A stretch of DNA of 64,000 bases from Schmidtea nova (taxonomy: Eukaryota): the NCBI GenBank assembly GCA_044892505.1, contig CM097882.1, forward strand, positions 338,768,001-338,832,000, read 5' to 3'. Within the stretch, counting starts at the first letter, position 1. Each line of letters begins with the position of its first letter. The position numbers and the translations under genes are program-made. Shown here in pieces: positions 53,009-64,000 of this stretch. Under the pieces are notes generated by a model, which worked only from the letters and a program-made list of their open reading frames with translations, did not search any database and was not told the origin of the DNA.

Positions 53009-53383
53009 GGACAAAATGTCCCAGGTCAAAATGTCCCGGACAAAATATCCCAGGATATAATGTCCCGGACAAAATGTACCTGGTCAAAATGTCCCAGAAA
53101 TATAAAACTAAGTTTAAATATGCTCCCTCTCCTTGGTAAGTGAATAATCTGAAAATAATATGGCTTTACGCTGTTCGCTTACGATATTATTTTTCAGATT
53201 ATTCGCTTATCAAGGAAAGGGAGCATATTTAAACTTCGTTTTTATTGTTATTGTAATTAAGATTTATATTTCTGGGACATTTTGACCTGGGACATTTTGT
53301 CTGGGACATAATTTCCTGGGATATTTTGACCTGGGACATTTTGTCCGGGACATTTAATCCTGGGACATTTTGTCTTAGAACCG
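53009..53383. mobile_element. Foldback MITE, almost fully palindromic, with 15-nt tandem units
   Basis: (GGACAAAATGTCCCA/G)n on the left and its inverse on the right, plus an inner ~55-bp inverted repeat. Possible ATTATTG duplication at 52995 and 53384. Confidence 0.85.
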
Positions 53384-55911
53384 ATTATTGGCACTAGGGA
53401 TTAATACGACCCATAGCCCATCATAAATATTAGACTACGTCACTCGTGTACCCATAGTTATTCCCTAACTAACTATGTTGGTACTGTACACGGTGGTGAG
53501 AATCTAGTGAGCAGATGAGCTTCGTTGCCAAAACTACTCATTATATTTTCTTTTTCGGGTTCTTGCTGCCGATAGAAGAACTTACGCATCTACTTACTTT
53601 TCGGTCCTATCACATGATTAAATCTTAGTTTCTATCATCTTTTTCAACCTTAGATCTACACTTATGCATTCTCACAAATATATGAATAACTCCTCTTAAC
53701 CTACTCTGGTTTATTTTACAATTATGTCCTAAGCTACTTCTATTCATTGCCTAAATTTAGGTATCAATAAGATTTAGTTACTCCTTACCATACCGTGGAG
53801 ATATAAACAGCCTCACTCGTACAGAATCCCCTCGCAACTTTCGCCACAGAGGACATACCTATTTATTTTAGTGACAGATTTTACTCGGGAATCCCTTAAT
53901 CGAAAACCAAATTTTACATCAAAAATTTATTGTAAAAATTGCATAATAATTACCCCAAAAACATTACCCAAAATAAACATTAAACATACTTCTGAAATCG
54001 AGCCACACGACTGACTGGCGAAATAAAAAATCAGAATTTTGCTCTCAGTAAATTAATGCCGAAGAAAATCAGAAAACCAAACAACAAAAAAGAACTCACT
54101 CAATAATATTGATTCCGAAGCTACAATTTCCATTGATACAATGGAAATACAAGAGCCCCCCAACAATCAAAACGTGGATACCACCCAAAACTCCACAATA
54201 ACTCTTAATAAAAGAGAATTAAACTATCAAATATCAAAAGAATCAATCACCAAATCTGATAAAGAATCTACTAATACCAAAGAACCAATGGAAATCGCCA
54301 TTAACTCCAAGGATGTCATCCTGGAAGATAGTGATGGCGAACAAGATTTCAACATAATCTCTGATGGCTCCATTTTAGATCCATTAGAAAATCACACCTT
54401 AAATTCAATGCCATCTCCCACTCCCATGGCCAATGAGACAAGTTATACCACAAAGAATAAAGAAATTATCATATCCCAGCTTGATAAAAAAACACTTATT
54501 AAAAGTAGACAGCCCTCGAACTCAAAAATATAGTCATATCCTATAAAGAACCTTACCTAACTCCTGCCTTATAAGAAAACTTATCCACCCAATGAAATAA
54601 CTTTAGAAAAATTGACAATGAACTCAACAAAGATGCCGAGGATACCCTACAGACCTGTCTAATCTTACAAAATGATACAGATTTTACAAATCAAATCAAC
54701 TCATGTTATAAAAAATTCGAAGTTATTGACTACGACATCACTCAGACAATAACTGACTTCCAGAACTTTGTCAAAGAAGAATCACAAATACAATCAGAAC
54801 AAGAAAACATTATAACCAAGAAATCAAAGAAAAATCAATGTCTCCTAGACATGGAACCTCATTTGAAAACAAGTGTACCATGACTGTTGATGTTTCCTGA
54901 AACATCTCACATCAAATTAAATCAGACACGGACCAAACCAAGAGCTTAAATCAAATGATGATCAAAGAAAACAAAAAAATGAGATAATTACGGAATAACT
55001 CTATAAAATACCGTACTTGAAATCAAAAACACCTAGTGGTAGGGGATATCCCGGACTTACTGGGAGAACCTAACACTGTTTTTGCATGCCTAGTCATGCC
55101 TCGCTCTTCTGTAATTTATAAATTACTTGACTTAGATTGTGATTTTCCAGCGTCTATTTATACTAATTCTACTGACGCCTACATATGCTGTTATTTACAT
55201 AATGATATTAACGATTTAAACTTACTTATTAGTTTTAATAAGTGAGTATTTATTTATTTTATATAAATTTAATTTTATAATTTGATATATTTATTTTCCA
55301 AATTATTTGGTCTTAATTCTTTTAACTGATATGTGTATCCATTGTTTTTGTGCATTAATTGATTGATTATACCAATTAAATTCAATTTTAAATCTATTTT
55401 CATTCCTATCTCTGTGATTTTTACAATATTTCAATGAAGATTTTTTCTGTATTTTTTAATAAATTATTTTCTTTTTCTTGATACAGAATTTATTCTTTGA
55501 TCATGCTTTTAGTATTCACTATACAAGCACTGATTTTCCCAATTCAATTCTCGTGCGGTCCTTCGTATATAAATCCGACCTGCACTCAAATTGTGTGCCC
55601 TCTTTTGAGATGCTTCTTTTCTATCGTTTCAACCCTATCTCGACCGATTTATGGAATGTGGTTCGTATGGCTACTATTGTACTTTACTGTTTTATTTTCC
55701 CTTGAGTTATTTTACTGCTTAACGTCTTATTGTGCGTTTTGAATTTGTTTACTTTTGTATAAGTAATGATATTGCAATAAAGGCCAAAAACCAAATGTGA
55801 AGCATTTCAGAGTATATTGCGTAATTCAATCACTGTGTTAGTTATTGCGCAATATACATAACTATTTAAGAGTGATCACTCTGTGTTTTTATTAAATAAA
55901 TAAATCTTTAG

Positions 55912-57114
55912 ATGGAACCGATTGTTGTAACTGGCGACCACGCCGAAAATGTTCACACAATGACGACTCGAGGAGAAGGGAAAAAATCTGCAAGAGACGT
56001 ACTTCCAAAACGTGCTCAAGAACTCTTGGATATGGAAATTAGAAGATACGACGGCAGATGTACCAAAGAAGCTGAAAAATGGATATATGCAATTGATGAT
56101 TGGATCGCTAGAAATGACTTAAAGAGGACAGAAGCATTCGATTTTCTCCTTTGCAACGAAGCGGCTACGCTGTGGAAAAATTTCAAAACAGAAAAAACAA
56201 CAGATAAAGCAGCTAAAGAATGGTTTTCCGAAACATTTACTATTAAATTGACTATTTTAGACAAGATTAAAGAACTTGCTGCAATTAGACAAGATGAAAA
56301 TGAAAGATATGCAACCTTCGAAATCCGGGTATTAAAATTAGTGGATGAAGTTATTAATTCAGGAATGAGGGTAGAGGAGATTGCCAATGAAATTATAACT
56401 GGACGAGTCAGAGACAGAAGATTAAAAGATGCGCTAACAATGAAACCAACGATGACCGCAGAAGAACGAAATCAACTGGCCAAAATTTACGAAAAAGTGG
56501 AATCAAAAGAAAAGACGGAAGAAATTATGGTAATAAAAAAGAGTAGTTACGCAGAAGCAACAAGGAGAAGGAATCCAGAAACGTTTACCAGAGAAACAAA
56601 TGGAAGTAATGGCAATATATTAAGAATCCAAGGAAATTACAGAAGAGAGAATTTACCAGATAATTCTTATAGCAGAAATAACGAAATAAATAATACAGTC
56701 GAACGGAATATGCAGAGAAGGACACCAACGGTTTTGCTTAAACACATCGCCAAGAGATTATAAAATCGATCTAGAGGCCTTCCTGATCCAAGAAACGGCG
56801 AATTACAGTCAGGTCAATGTTTTTGCTGTGGAGAATATGGGCATAGAAGATATGAATGCCCACTAAAAGATAAATGTTTGATATGTGGTAAGGGAGGACA
56901 TAATTTTCGTGATTGTTATTTATTAAGAAAGAAAGAACAGCAGAACTATGAGAACAAGAAAATTATATCTTGTGTGCATGATGAAGAAAACGGAAGAAAT
57001 TACTGGGATGATGCAGAAACCAGAGAATCAATTAGTGATTATGCAATTCATGATGTGGAAACTGAAAAATACACGAGGAACTCTATTGCATACATTTCGT
57101 CAATGGGGTTGTAA
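55912..57114 (+). pseudogene. Gypsy 2 gag with two CCHC knuckles; premature TAA at 56761
   Basis: In frame after the stop: CFCCGEYGHRRYEC and CLICGKGGHNFRDC. Confidence 0.9.
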
Positions 57115-57146
57115 AGAAAGAAAATCGGAATGACAGAGCAGAAGGA

Positions 57147-60100
57147 ATGAGGTATGTAACATCAGATGGAAGAGAATGGAGCAAGATGATGATAAATGAT
57201 GTTGAGATTGAGATGTTGTGGGATTCTGGAGCTTCGATTACAGTGATGAATGAGGAAACGTGGAATAAAATAGGTAGTCCACGGTTAAGCTGTAGTGAAA
57301 TCAAAATATGTGGAGTTTTTCCAGGAACTCAAAAACCACTGGGATGTACAGAAGCAAATGTTTATTGGCACAATAAGATGAGGAGTATCAAAATAATTGT
57401 TATTAAAAATATTTTTCCAGGTTTTATTGGTGGGGTAGATACTTTGAAAGCATTTGGAGTGCAGTTGATGGAAATTAACAATATTGAATCCGAGACAAAA
57501 ATTAGTAATTATACTGATGAGGAGAGAAGACAAAAAGCAAAAAATGAATTGGGAAAAAATTAACAATTAACAAATTATTAGATGAATTCGGGTCAATATT
57601 TATGGCAGCTAGATTTGATTTAGTATTCACAAGAATCGTTGAACATGAAATTAATACATCTGGGAATCCAACAATGCAATTTCCAAGACGACAACCGATG
57701 CATCTAGAACAGAAAATTGACGATATGATAAAAGAGTTAACAAAAGCTGGAGTTATAAGACGCTCTAAAAGTCCATGGAGCTCCCCATTAGTCGTAGTGG
57801 GGAAGAAAGACGGCTCAATAAGAATGTGCGTAGACTATCGAGAGCTGAATAAGATAACAGAAAGAGAATCTTTTCCTATGCCCAACATATCTCAATTACT
57901 CGATAACCTATCAGGATCTAAATACTTTTCTTCTTTAGATCTTGGACAAGCATACTATCAGGTCGCATTAGCAAAAGAAGCGCAAGAGAAAACAGCTTTT
58001 AGTTCCAAAGAAGGTCAATTTTGTTTCAATCGACTTCCGTTTGGACTATCAATGGCTCCAGCAACGTTTCAGCGATTAATGCACACGATGTTAGAGGGTA
58101 TATTGTTTAATGGAGCAATTGTTTATTTAGACGATATTCTTGTATATGGCAAGGATCAGTCTGAACATGATGAGCGATTACGAGAAGTTTTTACAAGAAT
58201 ACAAAAAACAGGACTAAGAATAAATCCGGAGAAGTGCGAAATTTACAAAACAAAATTAAAATTCCTTGGTTATACCATCAGTGAAGATGGAATACAGACA
58301 AATTCAGAGAAGATCAAGTCAATTACAGAAGCGACGAAACCGCAGTGTGCTAAACAACTTCGATCATTTCTGGGTTTGACAAATTATTATAGACGATTTG
58401 TCAAAGATTATGCTAAAATAGCAGCACCCTTACATGCAGCAGCTTCAGGTTGTGATAAAACAATCAAATGGTCAGAAAATTGTGAAAACAGTTTTAGTCA
58501 GCTTAAAGAAGCTTTAACACAAGCTCCTATTCTTGATTTCCCTCGTATAGATCGGAAATTTATTTTGGATACTGATGCCAGTTTTGAGGCTATTGGAGCA
58601 GTTTTGAGTCAAATAAAAGAAGACGGTTCAGAAATAATTATCGCATACGGTTCAAGAAATCTGACGGCCCATGAAAAGGGATACTGCGTAACCAGGAAAG
58701 AATTATTAGCGTTACATGAATATGTTTTATATTTTAGACAGTATTTATACGGGAAAGAATTCGTGGCCCGAACAGATCACAAGGCTTTAGTATTTATGAA
58801 CACAAACAAAAAAGCAATAAGTCCACAATTTCAGACATGGATGGCTAATCTCTCGGAATATGATTTCCAATTGAAATACCGGAAAGGTGAAGAACACGCA
58901 AACGCAGATGGATTATCAAGGATCGGGGGTAGTTTGTGTGCACGATGTCAGACAGCACATGTACAACATAAACAAGAAAGATCAAGGGTAAGATACATCA
59001 ATTTGATACAAAAAACACATACAATGTTGGAGATTATGGAAGAACAGAAGAAAGATAAATTGTTCCAGGATGCGATGGAAATTCTTAGGAATCAGATAGA
59101 TGTTCGAAAGGAATCGTTTCAAAATAGTTTTTTATTCAGATATAAAGATCAGTTAAAGATATCGGATGACATGCTTGTATTGGAAAAGGACAAAATAGAT
59201 CTAGTGGTAATCCCAAAAAGCTATCAATCTAAATTAGTGATTAAAATACATGAAGATTTATGTCATGTTGGAACTAAGAAACTGTTTCATTATTTGGAAG
59301 GGAATTTTTTCTGGCCGAAAATGCAAGAAACCGTTAAAGAGATAGTTAAACGATGTGTCACTTGTGCAAGAAGGAAAATAGACCAAGGAAAGACAAAGGA
59401 AATTTTAATTCCACACGAAAGTTCTGAATTTCTAGAACAGATTGTTATGGATGTTGCTGTCATGGAGAGAACTTCAACAGACAAAGGTATGTTATCGTTA
59501 TTATTGATAGGTTTAGCAAATTAGTAAGTCTAACGGCTACAGCAAACCAAGATGAAAAAACTATTTTGAAGACGCTAATGAACAATTGGATTTACAAATA
59601 TGGTAAACCTCAAAGTATATTGACGGACAGAGGGCGAAATTTTGAAAGCAAATATTTGAAGGAAAAATTAGAACAGCTGGGAATAAAGCAAGAATTCGCT
59701 ACGCCGTATCAACATCAGTCGAATGGCCTAGTGGAAAGAGCTATCAGAACAATGAGGGATTTAATTGTGACTACGATGAAAGGTGGCTGTGCTGAAAAAC
59801 AGTGGCACGAACTGCTGCCTCGAATTGAATTCAGTATTAACGCAACTTATCAAAGTGCTACAAAATTTTCACCATTTGAGATAGTATATGGACGGAAAAT
59901 AACATTACATGCTTATTCTAGACTCAAACATCAAATACGAGATATTTCAGAAGAAGCACAAACGAATAACAAGCAAGCTGCTCAAAAGATGAGGAAATTC
60001 GAGGATGACAAAAGAATTAAACGACATTTTGAAGTGGGGGAGGAGGTACTAGTACGACGAGAACCACATAGAAGAAACAAAAATGATATTCAATATGATG

Positions 60101-60210
60101 GTCCATATAAAATTCTTAGATTTGTGTCAGATCACCAAGTTGAATTGCAATATCCAAATACAACGCGACACCGACGAATCGAATGGTTAAAGAGATGGCA
60201 TCAATCTTAA
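57147..60210 (+). pseudogene. Gypsy 2 pol (PR-RT-RNase H-IN) with frameshifts at ~57560 and ~59500
   Basis: LWDSGAS; CVDYRELN, SSLDLGQAYYQ, LPFGL, YLDD; DTDAS, TDHKAL; HEDLCHVG..C..C; LTDRGRNF, NGLVER; YDGPY. Confidence 0.95.
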
Positions 60211-63200
60211 GAAGGGGAGAGTAATGATATTGCAATAAAGGCCAAAGACCAAATGTGAAGCAGTTCAGAGTATATTGCGTAATTCAATCACTGTGTTAGT
60301 TATTGCGCAATATACATAACTATTTAAGAGTGATCACTCTGTGTTTTTATTAAATAAATAAATCTTTAGATGGAACCGATTGTTGTAACTGTATATATTT
60401 AATTTTTGATGAATTTAATTTAAATTTATTTTCGATTTCGCCAGCCTAACATATGTTACTGTGTAAAAGTTTAGTGTTTCTATTCAATTGCTTTCCTAGT
60501 TATTGCACGGACCTTTTGGACGCACCATGTACTTTGAAAATTAACTCTATTGAGAGAAAATTAAATGATGGGTGTATCAATGAAAAAAATTATAAATACG
60601 ACGCTGAAATAAGTAATTCAATTTCTCTCTTTCCAGCCAACTTTGCTTATTTTTATTTAGTAGAACTCTGCTCAAATTATTTTTGAAAGTAATCTCCAGG
60701 AAAAACAGATTTATGTTATAATTGTACAAAGTAATTTTTAAAATTTTTTTATTTGAAATAAATCTTATTAATTGTTTTAAGTTTTGTTTCTCAAAATTAT
60801 AATGATCATGCTCACATGTTTTGGCCCTCATGTGAATTAAATAAAGTGGGTTTTTGGTGGCTTCTCCGATTCACTAGAAGTTCCCAACAGGCTGACGCAC
60901 CAGCCTGAGTTTACTCAAAACAATGTCCTGGCTAGAAGTAGAATTTCGCACATGTAGATTTTCACACATAGCCATGGTTTCGTGAACTTAGTCGGTTCGG
61001 AAAATAAAGTATAACCTAAAATAAAAGTGTAGAGAATTTTTACTAATAACTACACGCAGTACCCTGCAAAATTTCAAGTGGAATGCAATTCAAATCTTTG
61101 AGAGATCAATGGTTGTAAAAGTAAAGAGAATGGATATAAATGCTAGTTAGTAATGCACAATATTCTAAAAAGATACGAATTGATTATTGAATGAACCTTA
61201 AAAATAACATAAAAATAACCCTACAAATAAGACCTTAGAAATAAAATTGTGCGTAAGACCTTCTATCGGAAGTCAGAAACCAGAAAGGCAGCGAAACTCA
61301 CCTGCTCATTGGTTCTCTTACCACCGTGTATATTATCAACATAATTACCGGAGAGTAGTTATGGTTACACGGTTGAGGATAGTTGTATTTTATGAAGGTG
61401 TCATGGTTACGGTGAGTCTAGTTAAATCAAAAAATTATACAACCCATACACTAACATTTCCATCAATATTAAAGTTTCTAATGCATTGTATTGTTTCATT
61501 GTTTCATTATCTGCTATTTCTGTCAAAATATGGTGTCTACTTCGCATATAAATTCTCTTTTTCTTTCATTTTCATCTGTTCATATTATTGTTCTGTTAAC
61601 AAACTCCTGATTTACCTTGAAGGTGCGTCTATGAGACGCAAATATACTTGAAGCGACACACTAATAAAATCCTCTGTTGGTACGGTGTGTCCTCTCGAGA
61701 ATGCAAATACTTACTCTGCCCATAATTTATGCATGAAATTTCTATGCCAGGTTCAAACAACTAGCTATATCCAAGGAAGGTCTACAAAAAGAATTCAGTC
61801 ATTTTTTAGTACAGAGAGTAATTTTGGATTAATTTTTATTCCGAACGCTCTTTGGATCTCCCCACTTTCGATTATCTCAGGAATACCTAAATAATAAAAT
61901 TAAATAATTATTAAAATTCAATAAATGATTGAAGAAAAATGGACATATAAAGGATATGGTATTCCAGAATTCTGAGAAACAAAAATGCGGAGAAGAAATA
62001 AAAAAATGAGAAATAAATAGCAAAATTCAAGAAACAAGAAACGTTTATTAGTTATTAATAAGTACAAATTGGAAAAGCTAATTCTCAGAACAAAAATAAA
62101 GTCAGATCGAAATTTTCTTATCTTTAAAGTCTGCCTGAGATTTTGAAAGTCGGAAAAACAAAAAGGAAGGAAATAAAATAAAATTGTATATCTTGAAAGC
62201 CATCTGAGATAACAGGGAAATACGGGATGGATCAAGAAAATGTGTTGGAAACAAAAATCAAAAACAGAAAATTATATATAAGTGTCAGCGAATAACAGGC
62301 TATAAAAGAAAAAGCAACAGAATTAGAAGTCGACAAATTTTAATTAAGCTGAACTAGACAGAATTCGAAAGACATAATTTGGGAGAAAAAACTATAACGA
62401 ATTTGAAACAGGAGAATGATGCAAACAAGAGGATTAATAAAAAAAGGAAGATTATTTATTGAATTTACAGCAACGTCAATCGAATTGATGACAAGGAATG
62501 TTAAAGTACCCAAGTCAAAGCAAGAAATTGCCCAATTCGATTTTGCTAATTATCAAATCAGAAGCAGTAGTTAAAGGAAGTTGCTATCTAAAATTGTTAT
62601 TCTTCGAGGGAATGTTGTGAAATAATCACTCAATAGTAATTGGTGATAACATTGAATTGCTGGTGTCTTCGTAATTGTTGTAATCAATTGTGATAATCAA
62701 TAAAGGTTTATATTGCCTGGAATTTGTTATTGTTGTTGGCAAATAACACATGCTTTGGAGCCAATCAATAATTGTCTTTCGCATTTCACCAACAAACCCA
62801 ACGTTTTTTAACTATTTTCATTTTAATTATTTTCACATTCCACTCGGTTGGCAACGTTTTTAAATACGAATGTGAAGATAATGGACATTCTCTCGGATGT
62901 TTTCTTAAGTAATAAATACTTCTGCATTATGGAACTTGACAATTGTTACTATTTAATAACTTTAATCAAAGTACAGTATTCTATAATTCTCTTTTCAAAA
63001 ATTGAAAAGTAATTTGTTTATCTTTTATTCAGTTGAATTTCGAGGATGCTGAGAGGGTTACATGTTAAATTTAATTAATTCCGAATAAGACCCCTTTCAA
63101 GTTTAAAATACGGGTTTTATTATGTTNNNNNNNNNNNNNNNNNNNNNNNNNNNNNNNNNNNNNNNNNNNNNNNNNNNNNNNNNNNNNNNNNNNNNNNNNN

Positions 63201-64000
63201 NNNNNNNNNNNNNNNNNNNNNNNNNNNNNNNNNNNNNNNNNNNNNNNNNNNNNNNNNNNNNNNNNNNNNNNNNNNNNNNNNNNNNNNNNNNNNNNNNNNA
63301 ATTATGTCGAGGTTCCGAGAATCTCAACTTGATGGTTCGTATATAAATAAAAAGTCTGTTTACTAAGTTTTGTTTATCTATTAAAATATTTTACAAGCTG
63401 ATAAAAATTACCTTTTGATAAAAAATGAAACTTTTAATAATATATATGTATTCGTGTTTATCAGTGTTATGTAAGAGTATGGAGTCTCCTGAGCTAGGAT
63501 GTGTAAATTTTGTATGCTCTGATTTATGTTACAAATTTTGTCTACCAAAATCGTAACCCTTCTTAGAATACAAGATTTTAGGGGTGATTTGACTGAAAAA
63601 TCAGTCAGTTTATATACTAAATTTTAAGACACTTAATCTACCAATAATGATTATTATTTTGTTACTTGTGTTGATTGAAATTGTTTTCAAAACACAGTTA
63701 TTTTTAAAACAGAATTGTTTTCAAAACAGAATTATATTTTAACCTTGGAATATTATTTCATTTTGCTGACCTTTGTAGGTCATAAATATAATTTATTTAA
63801 ACAAACAGTAATTTATTAATTTCAATTTATTTAAACAATCAGAATTATTTTTTTATTATAATTGTTATTATTATAATTTATTTTATCGAATTAAAATATT
63901 AAAATATGAATCAAAATATAAATCAAATTATAAACCATTTTTCAAATAGTTTAAAAAATTAATTTACATAAAATATTTTCAGAACAAAATAGTTTTTTCA

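Larger units (their letters stand above)
55762..60390 (+). mobile_element. Compact Ty3/Gypsy LTR retrotransposon 2, 4629 bp
   Basis: 171-bp LTRs at 55762-55932 and 60220-60390 (2 differences) with AGT...ACT termini; 5-bp TSD GTATA; PBS TGGCGACCACG (consistent with tRNA-Arg); PPT AAGAAGGGGAG. Confidence 0.96.
53400..60451 (-). mobile_element. Family X LTR-like repeat split by Gypsy 2 and by a ~1-kb insert (~54060-55130)
   Basis: Reverse complements of 60396-60451, 55130-55756 and ~53400-54050 are collinear with 36354-37420. Confidence 0.65.

Noticed and set aside
53009-53383. Regular short repeats suggestive of a CRISPR array
   Set aside because: Spacerless tandem units in inverted arms in a eukaryotic context; this is a foldback MITE.
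60866-60906. Small hairpin CAGGCTG-acgcac-CAGCCTG in a GC-richer patch
   Set aside because: No tRNA cloverleaf, A/B boxes or ribozyme core; expected by chance.

Overview
AT-rich eukaryotic (animal) DNA made almost entirely of transposable elements, with five N-gaps. Only one intact host gene is supportable: a 4-exon gcm (glial cells missing) transcription factor on the minus strand with 43-48 nt introns. Elements with ends and/or target-site duplications (TSDs) readable in the sequence: several hAT elements, a pogo/Tigger element split by a Gypsy retrotransposon and a hAT, a second compact Gypsy, solo LTRs, a mariner relic, foldback MITEs and a Penelope-like (GIY-YIG) relic. Most interesting observations: (1) hammerhead ribozyme motifs that no ORF explains: a canonical minimal type I motif at 6522-6559, a U3-A8 variant duplicated head-to-head in a 198-bp palindrome behind the Penelope-like ORF, and a decayed third motif; (2) two cases of host-gene pieces inside hAT ends: an in-frame RPS5-PTB chimera, and a CYRI/FAM49 3' end plus VIP36/LMAN2 5' end; (3) a 7-kb two-transposase hAT composite. 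All family assignments come from motif recognition by eye; no database searches were run and the species is not identified.
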